From positions 868,001-932,000 of the forward strand of contig NW_027191411.1 in assembly GCF_041146345.1 (NCBI RefSeq): DNA of 64,000 nt. Direction: 5' to 3'. Source of the DNA: Neodothiora populina. Its lineage: Eukaryota. This document shows, one piece after another, positions 10,063 to 21,910 of the stretch (positions are counted from its first letter, which is position 1; every line of letters begins with the position of its first letter). The translations under genes were made by a program, and so were the position numbers. The notes under the pieces are model-generated. The model was not told where the DNA came from and did no database searches. It was given only the letters and a program-made list of their open reading frames with translations.

Positions 10063-12422
10063 CTATGCCTTCTTGCTCAGACCCTGTTTCCAAATCTCAT
10101 ATCCCTCGACCATGTCCGGCGTGATTCTCCTGACAGCTTTACTCAAGGCAGCCTCGAAGTCATCGTTCGAGATCTTCAGTGCCTCGTCATCGACAGCAAC
10201 AACCTCTTCTGCTGGAGCATTGCTTCCGAGAGCAGCGACACGTCTCCTCATGGTCGATCGAGCGGCCTCGAGACATATCTCCACCAACTCGGCGCCAGAG
10301 TATCCTTCCGTCTCGCGCGCGATGGCATCAATATCAACGCCTTCAGCAAGCGGCACAGAGCGCGTGCGAATACGCAGGATCTCTTTCCTCGCAGCCTCAT
10401 TGGGCGGCGCCACATAGATCAGCGAATCGAAACGACCAGGTCTGAGCAGGGCGGGATCCAGAATCTCCGGCTTGTTCGTTGCCGCGAGGACGAGGACGCC
10501 CTTGAGGCTCTCGATGCCGTCCATTTCGTTCAGGAGCGTGGTCAGGACGTTGAGACCTTTCGTGCCCGCCGAGTCGCGCTCTGAGCCGATCGAGTCGATT
10601 TCGTCGAAGAAGATAATGCTGGGCGCTGCGGCGCGCGCTTTGCGGAAGACTTCTCGCACCGCTCTTTCCGATTCGCCCACGTACATGGATGTCAGTTCGG
10701 CGCCTTTCACCGCGATGAAGTTCAGGCCTGAGGAGGTGGCGATCGCTTTCGCCGTGAGGGTTTTGGAACAGCCAGGGGGCCCGTAGAAGAGGATTCCTTT
10801 TTGGGCTTCGACGTTCAGCTGTCGCATTATTTGAGGGTACTTGAGGGGCCAGTTTACGACTTCGTCGAGGATTTGCTTCGTGCTGGTCGAGCCGCCGATG
10901 TCTGACCATTGCACGTTGGGCTTTTCCAGGAAGACTTCTTTCATCGCTGTTGGACGGACTTCAAGGAGCGCTTTTTCGTACTCGTCTAGTGTTGTGTGAA
11001 TGTCTGCCACTGTTTCTTCGTCGGTGGCCTCTTCGGTGCCCAATGCATCTCCAGTGCTGTCGGCTGAGCTGTCGTGATTCTCAGATGGTTGCTCAAAATA
11101 ACGATCGACTGCAATTTCTAGGGCGTGATTGTACAAAGCCTCGAGATCTTGTCCTACAAACCCGTGAGTACGCTCGCCAACGATTTCCGCAATGGCGTCC
11201 TCTTCGGCAGTCGTCCCATGCATTGCTTTGATGATCTCAACACGCGCACTCCTGTCTGGGATTGGCACCTCGATCTCATAGCGGAACCGGCCAGGGGTTC
11301 GCAATGACTTGTCGATATCATTGGGACTGTGGGTAGCACCTATAATGAGAACTTGTGTGTTCTTCAATTTGTCCATTTCGGAAACGAGAATCGAAGTAAG
11401 AGTACCGTAAGAGTCGCGCTGGTTTCCGCCTGCTATGGCCTCGAGGTTATCCATGATTACCAGGCTAGGCTGCCTGGCAATGGCTTCATCGAAAAGACCC
11501 CGTAGGGCTTGCGCATTCTTGCTTGCTGTTGCGCCGAGGACACTCTGATCGATGGTAATGACTTTGTTCCACTGGGCTTGGGCGATCCGATTCAGAAGAA
11601 GACTCTTGCCGGTACCAGCAGGTCCATACAAAAGGATACCACCATTGCGCTGGACCTGGGGAGGCAGCTTTTTGCCCCTGATCTGTCCGATGAGGCGAGA
11701 CAAGCGCTTGTTCAGCTGCTCAAACTGCTTATTCAAGCCGCCAATGCCTTCCGAGGTAATGGCAAGAGAAGACGGCATGACGAACGGCGTCGATGGCACC
11801 GAAGGTTCATCTTGAAGGACAAGATCGCTGGAATCGTCAAAGAAACACAGTGCATTTCTACCCTTGGCATCTGAATCAATATGCTCGATGAGAAATCGCT
11901 TCTTCAGTCCCTTGCGCGAAGCGACTTCGAAGGCGACGCCGGCCGAGATGGCCTCCACATTTCCTGAACACCGTGAGCAACCATTCGGTCAGGATTTTCT
12001 TCGCAATCTTCAAGCATACCTAGAGTGAAGGCGCAGCGCAATTTCCAGTTATTGTCATCTTTGGTAGCCTCTATGGCACTACTATCGGTGACGTCTATGA
12101 CAATGACACGATTTGCATGAACAATTTTCTGGGAAGCGGCTTTCTGTATGTTGACGTGGTTCCCAAGTTTGAGACTAAAGGCATCGCGCAGCGTGTCTGT
12201 CAATTTGACAGGATGTATTTGTGGTTTTGCATTTTGCTCAGTCGACCGCCATGCTATGCCAACGCCTGCAGGACCATCGGCAGAATTAATTTGACACAGA
12301 TCTCCAGCTTTGAGACCTAATATCTCCAAGTCTTTGGTGGGGATATGTACACGAAATGCTCCTTCTAACACAGTGGCGCTCGGGATGAGCGGACGCACTG
12401 TGAATGTAGGAGGATCTCCCAT
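10063..12422 (-). CDS. AFG2: Double-ring AAA+ ATPase Afg2/Drg1 (SPATA5) family. Exons 12020-12422 and 10063-11963
   Basis: D1 Walker A GPAGTGKS. D2 has the Afg2-type GPPGCSKT, IIFFDEID and ALLRPGRFD. A 56-nt intron GTATGC..CAG (12019-11964) joins the two ORFs in frame. Confidence 0.88.
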
Positions 12423-13039
12423 GATGTGTTGTAAATATCTATAATTGCTAAATAATTTTTCCTAAGAAACCATTTTCATGCGAAGCGGACGCTGAGGTCC
12501 GCCATCAAAGCTTGGCGCCCGTCCAGCAGCAATAAGACAATGATGAGGTGATGCTCACATATCAGGTTGACGTTGGATAGAGGAAGAAAACAATTATTCG
12601 ACAAGTGACCTGGGGGACGCACCTACGGCAAGAGAACGAGTTCCAGTAATACACAGTATCTGTACAGTCATTTGATACACAGGACTACTTCGCCTATTAG
12701 CGTCGATGGAGGTATTATTCCTTCCAATCAGCTAGTAGAGACACTCTTACATGCCGAAAATGATATCGTGCGTTCACAAGATGATCATGAAAATGTCGAG
12801 CAAGGCCCTATAAGAATGCAGTGAGGAAAGGCTGCTTGGGTCTACTCGTTAATACCGTGATACTGGATACAATGCATTTGTTCTTGGAAGTGTAGGTGTC
12901 CAATGAGCGATACGTGCATTTCGCTTACTAAGCGTGATATTTCGCCGCATCAGACACTCCCGAGGGTATCACATGCAATCGAGGACCAAGCAGATGATGC
13001 TTATGAGTTGCTTCACATTACTATCGCAGTCTTCCATTG

Positions 13040-14444
13040 ATGCTTCCGGCGCTACGATTGCGTCTGCGTGACTCATGCTTGAAGCAGCTGCAGCATCATG
13101 AGGTCTGCGGCTCTCTGGCAGCCCGCCGACATGTCTCCAATGAAGGCGCAGGAAACAGAAGACTACCAGCACAGGCGAAGAAGTCCAGTGCGCCGCAAGT
13201 CGAGGCTCGCAAAGAAAGTAACAATGCTTTGCTTGCGGAGCTCTTCCCTGAAGAGACGCAGCGATTTGCCCAGCAGGACCTGACTCGGGTGCAACATACC
13301 GCAGTTGCTGCAGCACAGAAACACAGAGAACCAGAAGTGCCCCGATTAAAGCTCGACGTACCAGATCTTCCAGAGCGACCAAAGGGCCCGGATCTGCGGC
13401 CAGCCCGTCGAGCCCCTGAGTTGCCATTGGATAAAGCCATGTACTGGGACTCGATGAGAGATACACAACGACAGATCGTTCATCGGGAAAAGCAAGGCGA
13501 TGCGATTAGCGTATTGGTGCTGCGCAACGCAAGTAAGAACCTTGTTGAAGAGGATTTCAGACGGGTGATTCCCCAAGGCAAGCACATTGAGGGCTGGACT
13601 CTCGATCGCGGTGACATTCTTAAAGGTGGGTGAAGATGGGAGACAATGTATGCAATAGCCAGCACCAACTGATTCATTCATCCCAGTCATACCGGGACGA
13701 CGCACTTCCACCCTTGAGCGTGACAATTTCTACTATATACTATTCAAGTCTCCAGTGTCGGCTTTTAGCTACCAGGTTCATGTAACTCGGTTGCACAGGC
13801 TTGCGCAAAGTCAAACACCAACATCATTGACTTCGCCGATACCGCCGCCGCCGGGGTACACGGTGAATGGAGAAAACATAGAAGCAATGATCCAGTCGTA
13901 TTCACTGCTTCCGCTTTCTCAGGAAATGGATATTCGACAACTCGCCCGTCCTCTGAGGCCGTCGATGCAGCAGATTGTCAACAACTTGGGTTACCCACAT
14001 CTCGTGAACCGCCCTACGAGGATGCCCGCCGAGGTTTTGCTCCACCTAGAAGGAAAGGAAATACCAATGCCCCAGATACGCTACGCTTTCGGAAAGGCCG
14101 CACGCTTCAGAGGTCTACCGTGGACGGGCGACGATCGTCTGATATACCTGGAAAAGTGGGATGGTGGGGCCAAAGACATCAGTCCGATGGGCTCAAGAGG
14201 ATTCAAGTTCGACGTGGCGCATGAAGAGATCGCCGGTCCATCCGACGAAGAGTCGACTACCAGCCTCGTGGAACCGTCGCGGCGGAAGTTCAGAGGGGCT
14301 TTACAGCGATACATCGTTGGATTTGACAACCAAGCAGAGGCGGAAACTTTCGTGAGGCATTGGCACATGCAGCCGCTGTTGGGGTTGGACCATATGCTGA
14401 ACGGCGATTCGGCTCCGATAGTGAATGTAGAAGTATTGTGGTGA
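13040..14444 (+). CDS. Conserved fungal hypothetical protein, probably mitochondrial. Exons 13040-13625 and 13687-14444
   Basis: Intron GTGGGT..CTGAT..CAG (13626-13686) joins two ORFs in frame (GDILKVIPGRRTSTLERDNFYYILF). Arg/Leu-rich N-terminus MLPALRLRLR resembles a presequence. Confidence 0.7.
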
Positions 14445-14463
14445 CGCAGGAAGCGTCCGTGTC

Positions 14464-15423
14464 TTATTCGTCCATTTGCCATGCATACTTGAGGTCCTTG
14501 ATGTTTTGCTGGTTGTTCCTGGCCTCGAACCACTTTTTCTCAAAGCCTATGCTTCTGTCGACGCCATCCCACCGATAGCCTGGTCGGATGCCATAGCGAT
14601 TAGGTTCGAAAGCGCCGACATATGTCTTCTTGCCTTTCGTGCTCTTCCCTCCCTTTCCACCACTTTTCGTGCTCAGGAACTGCAGGGCAGGATCATTCCA
14701 TCGTTCGCGTTCCTTCAACTCATTGTTCAGTCCTTTGTCATCGGCATACCTTGCCACTCCTAAGCCTTTCGCGTTGGCGAGCTCTTTCTGACGAGCTTCC
14801 TTTTCCCTCCTCTGTACATCGCCTTTTCTGTTCTCTAGCTCCTCGGCCTTTTTCCTCTCCTCTTCCTCTGCCTGCCGTCTCAACTCGGCTCGCTTCATGG
14901 CGACGTTGATGATGCGTCCAGAGGCATCACGGTAGATTGTTTCCTGTGACTTTCCTGTCGGATCGAGACCCGCCTCCTTCATCTTCTTGCGTTCCTCACG
15001 TTCGCGTCTCTTGAGGGCGGCTGAGACTTGGTCTGCTGTCTGGAGACCAGCCATGGCGCCGTTGGCCATCATAGGGCCGTCTTCGTCCACCATGGTCGGC
15101 GCTTCGTCCTCGTCCTCGCCCCTCGCTCTGTCTTCAGCGGCAGCATCCGCGAGGATTGCATCTGCTGCTGCTTGTTCGCTGTGCGAGGGCGCTGCACTGC
15201 CGACGGTCTTCCATGTTGTGGTACGTTTACTAATGTTGACACCTCCGGGCACAACTAACGGACCGTCTTCATCGTCATCTCCAGTACGTGAGTTCTTCCA
15301 AGTGTTTACGTTCTCGTCTTCATCGGCGATGATCAAGCCTGCCTCTGCTTGCTTTCTCTTGCGCTTTTTGCTTGGTTTGTCGGCAGATAGGTAGTTTTTC
15401 GCGAGGTAATCAGCAAGACCCAT
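14464..15423 (-). CDS. BUD13: Pre-mRNA splicing factor Cwc26/Bud13 (RES complex)
   Basis: N-terminal LADYLAKNYL, QETIYRDASGR, and the C-terminal Bud13 signature PNRYGIRPGYRWDGVDRS.GFE. Confidence 0.95.
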   Translation of the reverse strand: MGLADYLAKNYLSADKPSKKRKRKQAEAGLIIADEDENVNTWKNSRTGDDDEDGPLVVPGGVNISKRTTTWKTVGSAAPSHSEQAAADAILADAAAEDRARGEDEDEAPTMVDEDGPMMANGAMAGLQTADQVSAALKRREREERKKMKEAGLDPTGKSQETIYRDASGRIINVAMKRAELRRQAEEEERKKAEELENRKGDVQRREKEARQKELANAKGLGVARYADDKGLNNELKERERWNDPALQFLSTKSGGKGGKSTKGKKTYVGAFEPNRYGIRPGYRWDGVDRSIGFEKKWFEARNNQQNIKDLKYAWQMDE

Positions 15424-15701
15424 GCTGGACCTTTAAGCACAAGGGGCGAAGATAGTGACGGAAATTATGTGAAATGACTGGTACAGTTTACTTTTACACA
15501 TCTATATTCATCAAGAAAGTAATAAGGGCATACAGTCAGGAAGGCAAGAGACTGTACTATGCGCTTATGCTTGGCAGCGCCTCCCCACAATGCAGGTGGT
15601 CTTCTTGATCCACTGTGGGGAAACATCTATATTCACATTTCACATTATCGATATAGAAACCAGGAGATACGGTACTGGTCTTTTGCATTTGCATGAGCAG
15701 A

Positions 15702-16337
15702 ATGCCTCGAGATCGCTCAGATGAAGCTGCAGCGTGGTTTGGTGCCGTGTACAATGCAGTGCGTGAGATACCGCATGGAAAGGTAACAACCTACGGACAC
15801 ATTGCGAGGCTGCTCGGCAGGCGTGAGTTAATCGTATCAACTATTTCGCGACATGCCCAATTCAGCTGACCCAGTCTACGCAGCACAATGTCCAAGGTCA
15901 TTACATGTGATTACTGTTTGATGCAATCCAATTCTAACGTAGATCAGGCAAGTTGGTGTTAGCTTAAAGCATCTACCTTCAGCTACAATCCAACCCGATG
16001 CATTTTACAACAGCAACAACGTTCCCTGGCAGCGTGTAATCAATGCAAAGGGAACGATCAGTCCCAGGTATATTACTGTCGCCCTCTCTTCTTTTGGATG
16101 TGACGCGTTGAACGAACGGGCTGATATATGATCAGAGGTCCATCTGGTGCCGCTCGACAGGCCACTGCTCTCCAGGGTGAAGGCGTGCAGGTAGACAGAG
16201 GATCTATGGGCGAGTACATCATCGACCTCTCTTCTTGTGGTTGGTTTCCAGATGTTCTATCAAGCGATCTGGCCGAAGATGAGAGCAGTGATGACACCAA
16301 TCCCCACGATGATGGCAGCAACAATGACGATAGTTGA
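15702..16337 (+). CDS. ATL1: Alkyltransferase-like protein (MGMT fold). Exons 15702-15822, 15884-15896, 15948-16067, 16136-16337
   Basis: Hand-spliced product: VYNAVREIPHGKVTTYGHIARLLGRPQCPRQVG...VPWQRVINAKGTISPRGPSGAARQATALQGEGV. PWQRV replaces the catalytic PCHRV, the hallmark of ATL proteins. An in-frame ATG at 15693 is an alternative start. Confidence 0.9.
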
Positions 16338-17289
16338 GGCTACGCTTCCCTTCTTACCATTCTATGATTGAGTCATCAATCACATGCCCGTTTCGATCGT
16401 CCGTTCGCAAGAGCCAGTCGCAAACGCCTCAGCGTTTATTCAAGGCAGAGCGGGTTATGCATTTACACATCTGTTGCATAACGCCATAATTAGATCATGG
16501 ACCCTGCACGTGGAAGACACGCTGACGACATTCCATTGTTGACTCTAATCTTGCTCCTGAGCCTGATAAGCCCGAACCTGATACACAGTCTCAAAGCGAG
16601 GAGTCATCCCAACAAAGAAGCCATGTCTGCCTACGCCCCAGCCGCTACCACTACTACCTGATCCGGCCGCGGTGTTGTCCTCGGTCATAGGCATGATCTC
16701 ATCGCATCCCCCATGACTGCTGGGTGTGGCCACCTCGGTCATCCACCATGGTGGCTGACTGCCTTATCAGTGCTCTTCTCCGCAATACCTTTGTGGGGTA
16801 GTGTATGACCAACCTATTCAACCATTAAAGACAACAACAGCAGCCCCATTCGCGATAACTACAGGCTCTTTGTTCACTTACTCCCCAGACGGTTGTTTAC
16901 TTCTTCATTTCCGCACAGACTCGACAAAGTCGACGTGTTAAAGATTGTCAGAACGCCACAGCCAGTCCCACTGTGTTGCAACAACTCACATCCTTATCTC
17001 GGTCATTCGGTCCCGATCCCCACGTTGTTTCCCCGTGACTCAGGAGTGGTTACCTTATCCGTACCTCCATTGCAGTACCCCTACCGCCTGACTCTTCGAT
17101 CCACCGGTCACTCCTTGCTTATTGACCCTCTCTGTTGCCATTCGAACCTCTCCTCATTCTCTCCATCACCTACGTTACCTGATACTGGTCATCCGTATTC
17201 CGTTCCACTACTTAGACAACGATATTGGTCTTCAACGCCTATATCAACTACCTCTTCCAACACAGCCCGGTCAGCATCTTATCGTAATA

Positions 17290-17971
17290 ATGTGCTCTGA
17301 GCAAGTGTCCGACCTTCGCGCCGCTGCTCAAGACTACAAGCGCGACGAGGACGAGAAGCGCAAGTACGCGTATCGCCTTCCATGAACCAGGTTTAGCGCT
17401 GACATCTACCAGGTGGGCTCTAGGACCCAAGTATGCTCGTGGACGCGGAGCTGATGCTCATCCCCGTCCCATGAGAGTGAACGAAAGGTATGAGTGCTAT
17501 GCGTTTATGGCTGTCGACCTTGCATCACTGACAAGACATAGTTTTGAAACCCGTAGACGCTGGGAAAAACAAGAAGCCGCCAGACTCAGCAGCACCGGCA
17601 AGGCGAAGCTAGCTCGGAAGCAAGACATGACTCTCGCAGGCCAAGACCTTGCCAACCTTTCCGAGGATAGCAACACGTCCGAAGACGATGTAGAGCACGA
17701 AACCGTTGCCCCCGATGCGGGTGTTATGTACTCCTTCGACGCTTTCAAATCACCAAGCCATGGCAGTCAGATTCTGAATGCAGCACTAGCCAAGGCCATC
17801 GACAAGTACGAAGACAAGCAGACCACAAAGCTCGTCCACAGCGAGTATGAGGTTCTAGATGCGCAAGTGGACGAGGAAGAGAGCCTGGGATTGTCTCCCA
17901 TCAAGGTCAAGGGAAGAGGCAAGACCAACAAAGTCATTGATGCCGAGGACGAGGAATACGAGTTCCTCTGA
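17290..17971 (+). CDS. Small conserved hypothetical protein. Exons 17290-17363, 17413-17487, 17542-17971
   Basis: Two introns (GTACGC..CTGAC..CAG and GTATGA..CTGAC..TAG) give one continuous frame ending in YSFDAFKSPSHGSQILNAALAKAIDKYEDKQTTKLVHSEYEVL, with gene-like codon usage. Function unknown. Confidence 0.7.
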
Positions 17972-18854
17972 GGGGCTCAAGGCTTGTTTCTTGTTATGCT
18001 TGGGATGGTTACTAAGCGATGGGTACATTGCATCAGATGAACGGCGTTTCGGATGCAGGAACAGCGAAGCAAGGTTCATGAGATTGGGTTCTTCTGCGCC
18101 GATACCCGTCAAGGACATGACACGCCGCATCATGTTTTTTCTTCATTTCCTTCGGCCTTGGAATTACTTTTTGATTATCTGTCTCTATAATACCTAGGTG
18201 CCTTCGATGCACTTCACTAGCTTAGGACCAACGAAATGACTTCGATTTGGCTCATACATGAGCCTGTGGACATCTGCTCCTACGTCTACCGCGGCAAAGT
18301 GATCAGTGATCAAGCCTGCTAGAAGCAGCGCAAGCATTGTTGCCAAACAGAAGAACGTAGATCGTCTAGTAGTTTGTATATCGCAAGTGTAAACAGACCC
18401 AACAGATACTGAACCAGCAGCGCTCACGAGCCGCTAACGGCGGGGCACAAAGAGTGGGGTGCGAGTCCGCGACCAAAGTACACAAGTGGGTCCACTCATC
18501 TCCATCAACCATAGATTTGACTTGGTTTCCGTGCATGTCGCGGATATCGCCAACTTAGCTCTGCACGCCATAGTAGAACAGGTAGGTGGTTTTATAGTAG
18601 CAGTATTGGCGAAGAGGGAACAAATTTTTTCCTCGCGCTTGTCTTGGTGTCTTTTATTCTTTCCATTACGCGCTGGCAAGTTCGAGACAAAGAAAAAGTG
18701 AGGTCGAGTGAATTTACGCTGTACTGTCGCTACCTCTACATATTCACTCTGCATCATTGTCTTGTACACCGTGCCTGGTATCTGTACCTTGTCTTTGTCG
18801 CTTTGAGTTCGTGAGCTATATATACATTGCGATTCTTTCTACAGGTTGACGAAC

Positions 18855-19892
18855 ATGTCATCCTCAGCCCTTTCTCTCCAGTCAAGACTGCCTTTGGTTT
18901 CTGGGAAAGGTGAGATACCAGTCTTGGGCCTAGGTGTCTGTGTGTCTACGAAATGCGAACAATCCATTCTGTCGGCTTTGGCTGCTGGATACCGTCACAT
19001 TGATACCGCGCAAATATACTACGTGAGTTGGACGTCCACCTGAAGTCTTCTCTCTTTCCATGTTTGCTGGTTGCTAACAAATGCGCGCGGGGGCCAACAG
19101 AACGAGCGAGAGACCGGCATAGCAGTCCAAAAATTCCTATCTCAGAACTCGTCCGTCAAGCGCGAGGAACTCTTCGTCTGCTCCAAGCTATGGGAGACGG
19201 ATCTCGCACGACCAGACATGCCGACCAGTTTCGACGAACTATGCACCGGTGGACCGTGGCCCTTGAACAGTCTGGAAGCAGGACATACGACGTACACGCG
19301 AGCTGGCGCGCTCGAGGGCCTCGACCGCAGTTTGGCGACTGCTGGTCTTGAGTACTTTGATCTGTACCTCCTACATAACCCTCGTCCTGGACCGAGCGCA
19401 CGAGTGCAAGCGTGGTTAGGTCTGCAAGACGCGCTTGAGGAGGGAGTGAAGGTCAAGGCTATCGGCGTCAGTAATTGGGCTCCGAAGCACATCGAAGAAC
19501 TCATGAAACATAAAGATGTCAAGGTCTTGCCTGCTGTCAATCAGATCGAGTTTCACCCTTGGAACCAGCAGAGGGAGTTGCTGAAATATTGCCGCGAGAG
19601 AAAGATCGTGGTCACGGCTTATTCGCCGTTGACACAAGGAAAGAGACTCGGTGATCCGGTGATTGGGGCTATTGCTGAGAAATTAGGCAAGACACCTGCT
19701 CAGGTTGTGTTGAGGTGGTGCTTGCAGGTCGGTGTGGTCGTCATTCCCAAGAGTGATCGCGAGGTCAGGATTGTGGAGAACAAGGGCCTTTTCGGATGGG
19801 AGCTTGCAGAGGAGGATATGAAGAAGATTGAGGAGCTGAATGAGGGCCAGAAGGGAAACCTAGGCGAATGGAATCCATATGCTTGGGAGTAA
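18855..19892 (+). CDS. Aldo-keto reductase (AKR5-like). Exons 18855-19022 and 19101-19892
   Basis: Catalytic tetrad motifs [22 protein letters not shown], plus [15 protein letters not shown] and VIPKS. Intron GTGAGT..GCTAAC..CAG. Confidence 0.92.
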
Positions 19893-21910
19893 GCTCCTAG
19901 GTGCCTGCTTAGCGGCCGCGATTTATCTGAAGACAACCGCGTATCCAGTCAAGACATCGCTTGTGGATATGATTCAACCCAGTCTACATTGTGCACCAAT
20001 ACTCAATGCAATCAATGCAACAGACCCATCCTTTGATGCTGATTGTGGTCTATTGATCCTCGATGGTCGTCCCTCGTCTGTTTTATATCAACATACCGAG
20101 GCCACTATGCGAGGACCTGATCAATTAAACGTCACTGATTCGTCGGCGAGCACACGTCCTACCTTTTCGAAATCACTTGGACTCTACCTACCGGTGATTT
20201 CACGCGACGGTGTCCTGAATGAGCTAATTTCACGAGCCCCAGTAATTGTGATGAGCGATTTACTGTACTTCGTAAACACAATCACAATGACAAGAGTCAG
20301 GCAAACGGAGTGGACCCTGAAGTCAAGAATCACTTTGATGACGTCCGATATTTGACGAAACTACAGGTAGGTAGGTACCTTACCTGTGAACGTGAGACTC
20401 AAACCCTCCAACAGTTCACGCAGCTGCGAAGTGGGGTTGAGGAAATGAATCGTGCAGTAGATGTATACACTTTCTCACAGCCTGATCGTCACCTGGACAG
20501 GTTTTTTGTTTAGCAATCATGGATTTTGCATGAAACTAGTGGTCAGGTGAGTAGGCTCTTGTTTCTACAACGCGCAGGGCAGCGTGAACCATGATTGGTA
20601 GTTGTGTTTCTAGCTTCACATGCACAGTACGCTGCAGGTGCAGCACGCGTAATGTAGCTGTGGTGAGGTGCGCGAAGCTGTCACGATGGACTGACTGGGA
20701 TGCAGGTATGCCTCGACAGGGTAGTATCTGAGTGATGTTGGGCCCGAGGTACCTTAGAGGATGTGTAATCGCCCAAGTGATGGCTGCATTACAGCATACA
20801 AACTTCGATATCTGCAAGCAAACCTCAACACGTAGGCAGTTCTGATTGACAGTACTGCACTCAACCATGGTAGCTAGTACAATTTAGTGTAAGAATGGCA
20901 GCACAGAAGTCTTTGCGCACTTTTGTCATGCGTGTACCTCAACACAGACCATCTGTGTTTAGCTGCCTTACTTACCTTAATTACCTTACCTTACATGTGA
21001 AAGACGTTGGGTAATAGCTCGGAATTGGTGCAAAACATCAACTGTTGGCCGCGGAATAGGGATCAGTGAAGTGTAGAACTCCAGGTACTCGCAGTATATT
21101 CCACAGTGAGGATGTACTTCCAGCACTGTGCAAGTGATAATTAATTTAGGTACCGTAAGGCATCGTTTAGTACCCACCAGATGTACCCTACTAGGGGAAA
21201 TACCTGATCGTAACTGGGCCGCAACGTCGCGATTGAACGCACGTACCAAACGTACATCATTGCAGAAAGCTTGATTCAGAGACAGACACTCTGGATGCAC
21301 GCGGCTGATCCGTCCTCCGGCTCACATTCGAGTTGGATAATAATGCGGCATTGCCCCATTACTTGTCATGTAGTTCGAATTTCATATCTCTTGACGCATT
21401 TCTCTGGATCTTGAGCCGGCTGAAAGTAATAGAACGGCATATCGGGGATCGCTACTGTTGCCTTTCTATGACCGAGCGTTACCCTGTGGCCGACTATAGA
21501 AGACAGGTGTGACGGGTGTTATCTATAAAGCAGCAACCCAGCGAAAGAGGACTCAGGGAAACGGATAGTCAACCTATAGGTCGTTGCTGGAACACGCGAC
21601 CGGATCGTCTACCATACCTTATCCATTCTTTTCTCGTCCTGTTACGGCTTCAGCTACAGCTCCTCTCCTACACATTCTCATCTCTCTCTAACCGCTCACG
21701 CGACACTGCTGACCCATCTTTTCTCTGTCGTTTATCATCTTTACACCATCCTACCTTCAGTCCTCTTATCCCTTTAGTGTTGTCGTCATAGCCCTTCTAC
21801 GGCCATTGATCCGTGTGTTGTCGCATGCAACTGATGTTTGCACGACTCCTCTCTTCGCAATAGGGTTGATCTTTACTTGTTTGACCTAATTCTATACCAC
21901 AGCCCTCGCC

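Noticed and set aside
12540..12640. Box C-like ATGATGA upstream of AFG2
   Set aside because: No box D at a suitable distance and no rRNA-complementary guide seen.
16545..16742. 65-aa minus ORF and a small palindrome near 16738-16760
   Set aside because: No homology signal; consistent with chance.
19879..20355. 158-aa ORF with a signal-peptide-like start
   Set aside because: It overlaps the AKR stop codon and 3' UTR and has no recognisable domain. It could be a young ORF but is unsupported.
20356..21500. Possible RIP-degraded transposon in a long intergenic stretch
   Set aside because: Not strongly AT-rich, and no terminal repeats, target duplications or transposase/RT remnants are visible.
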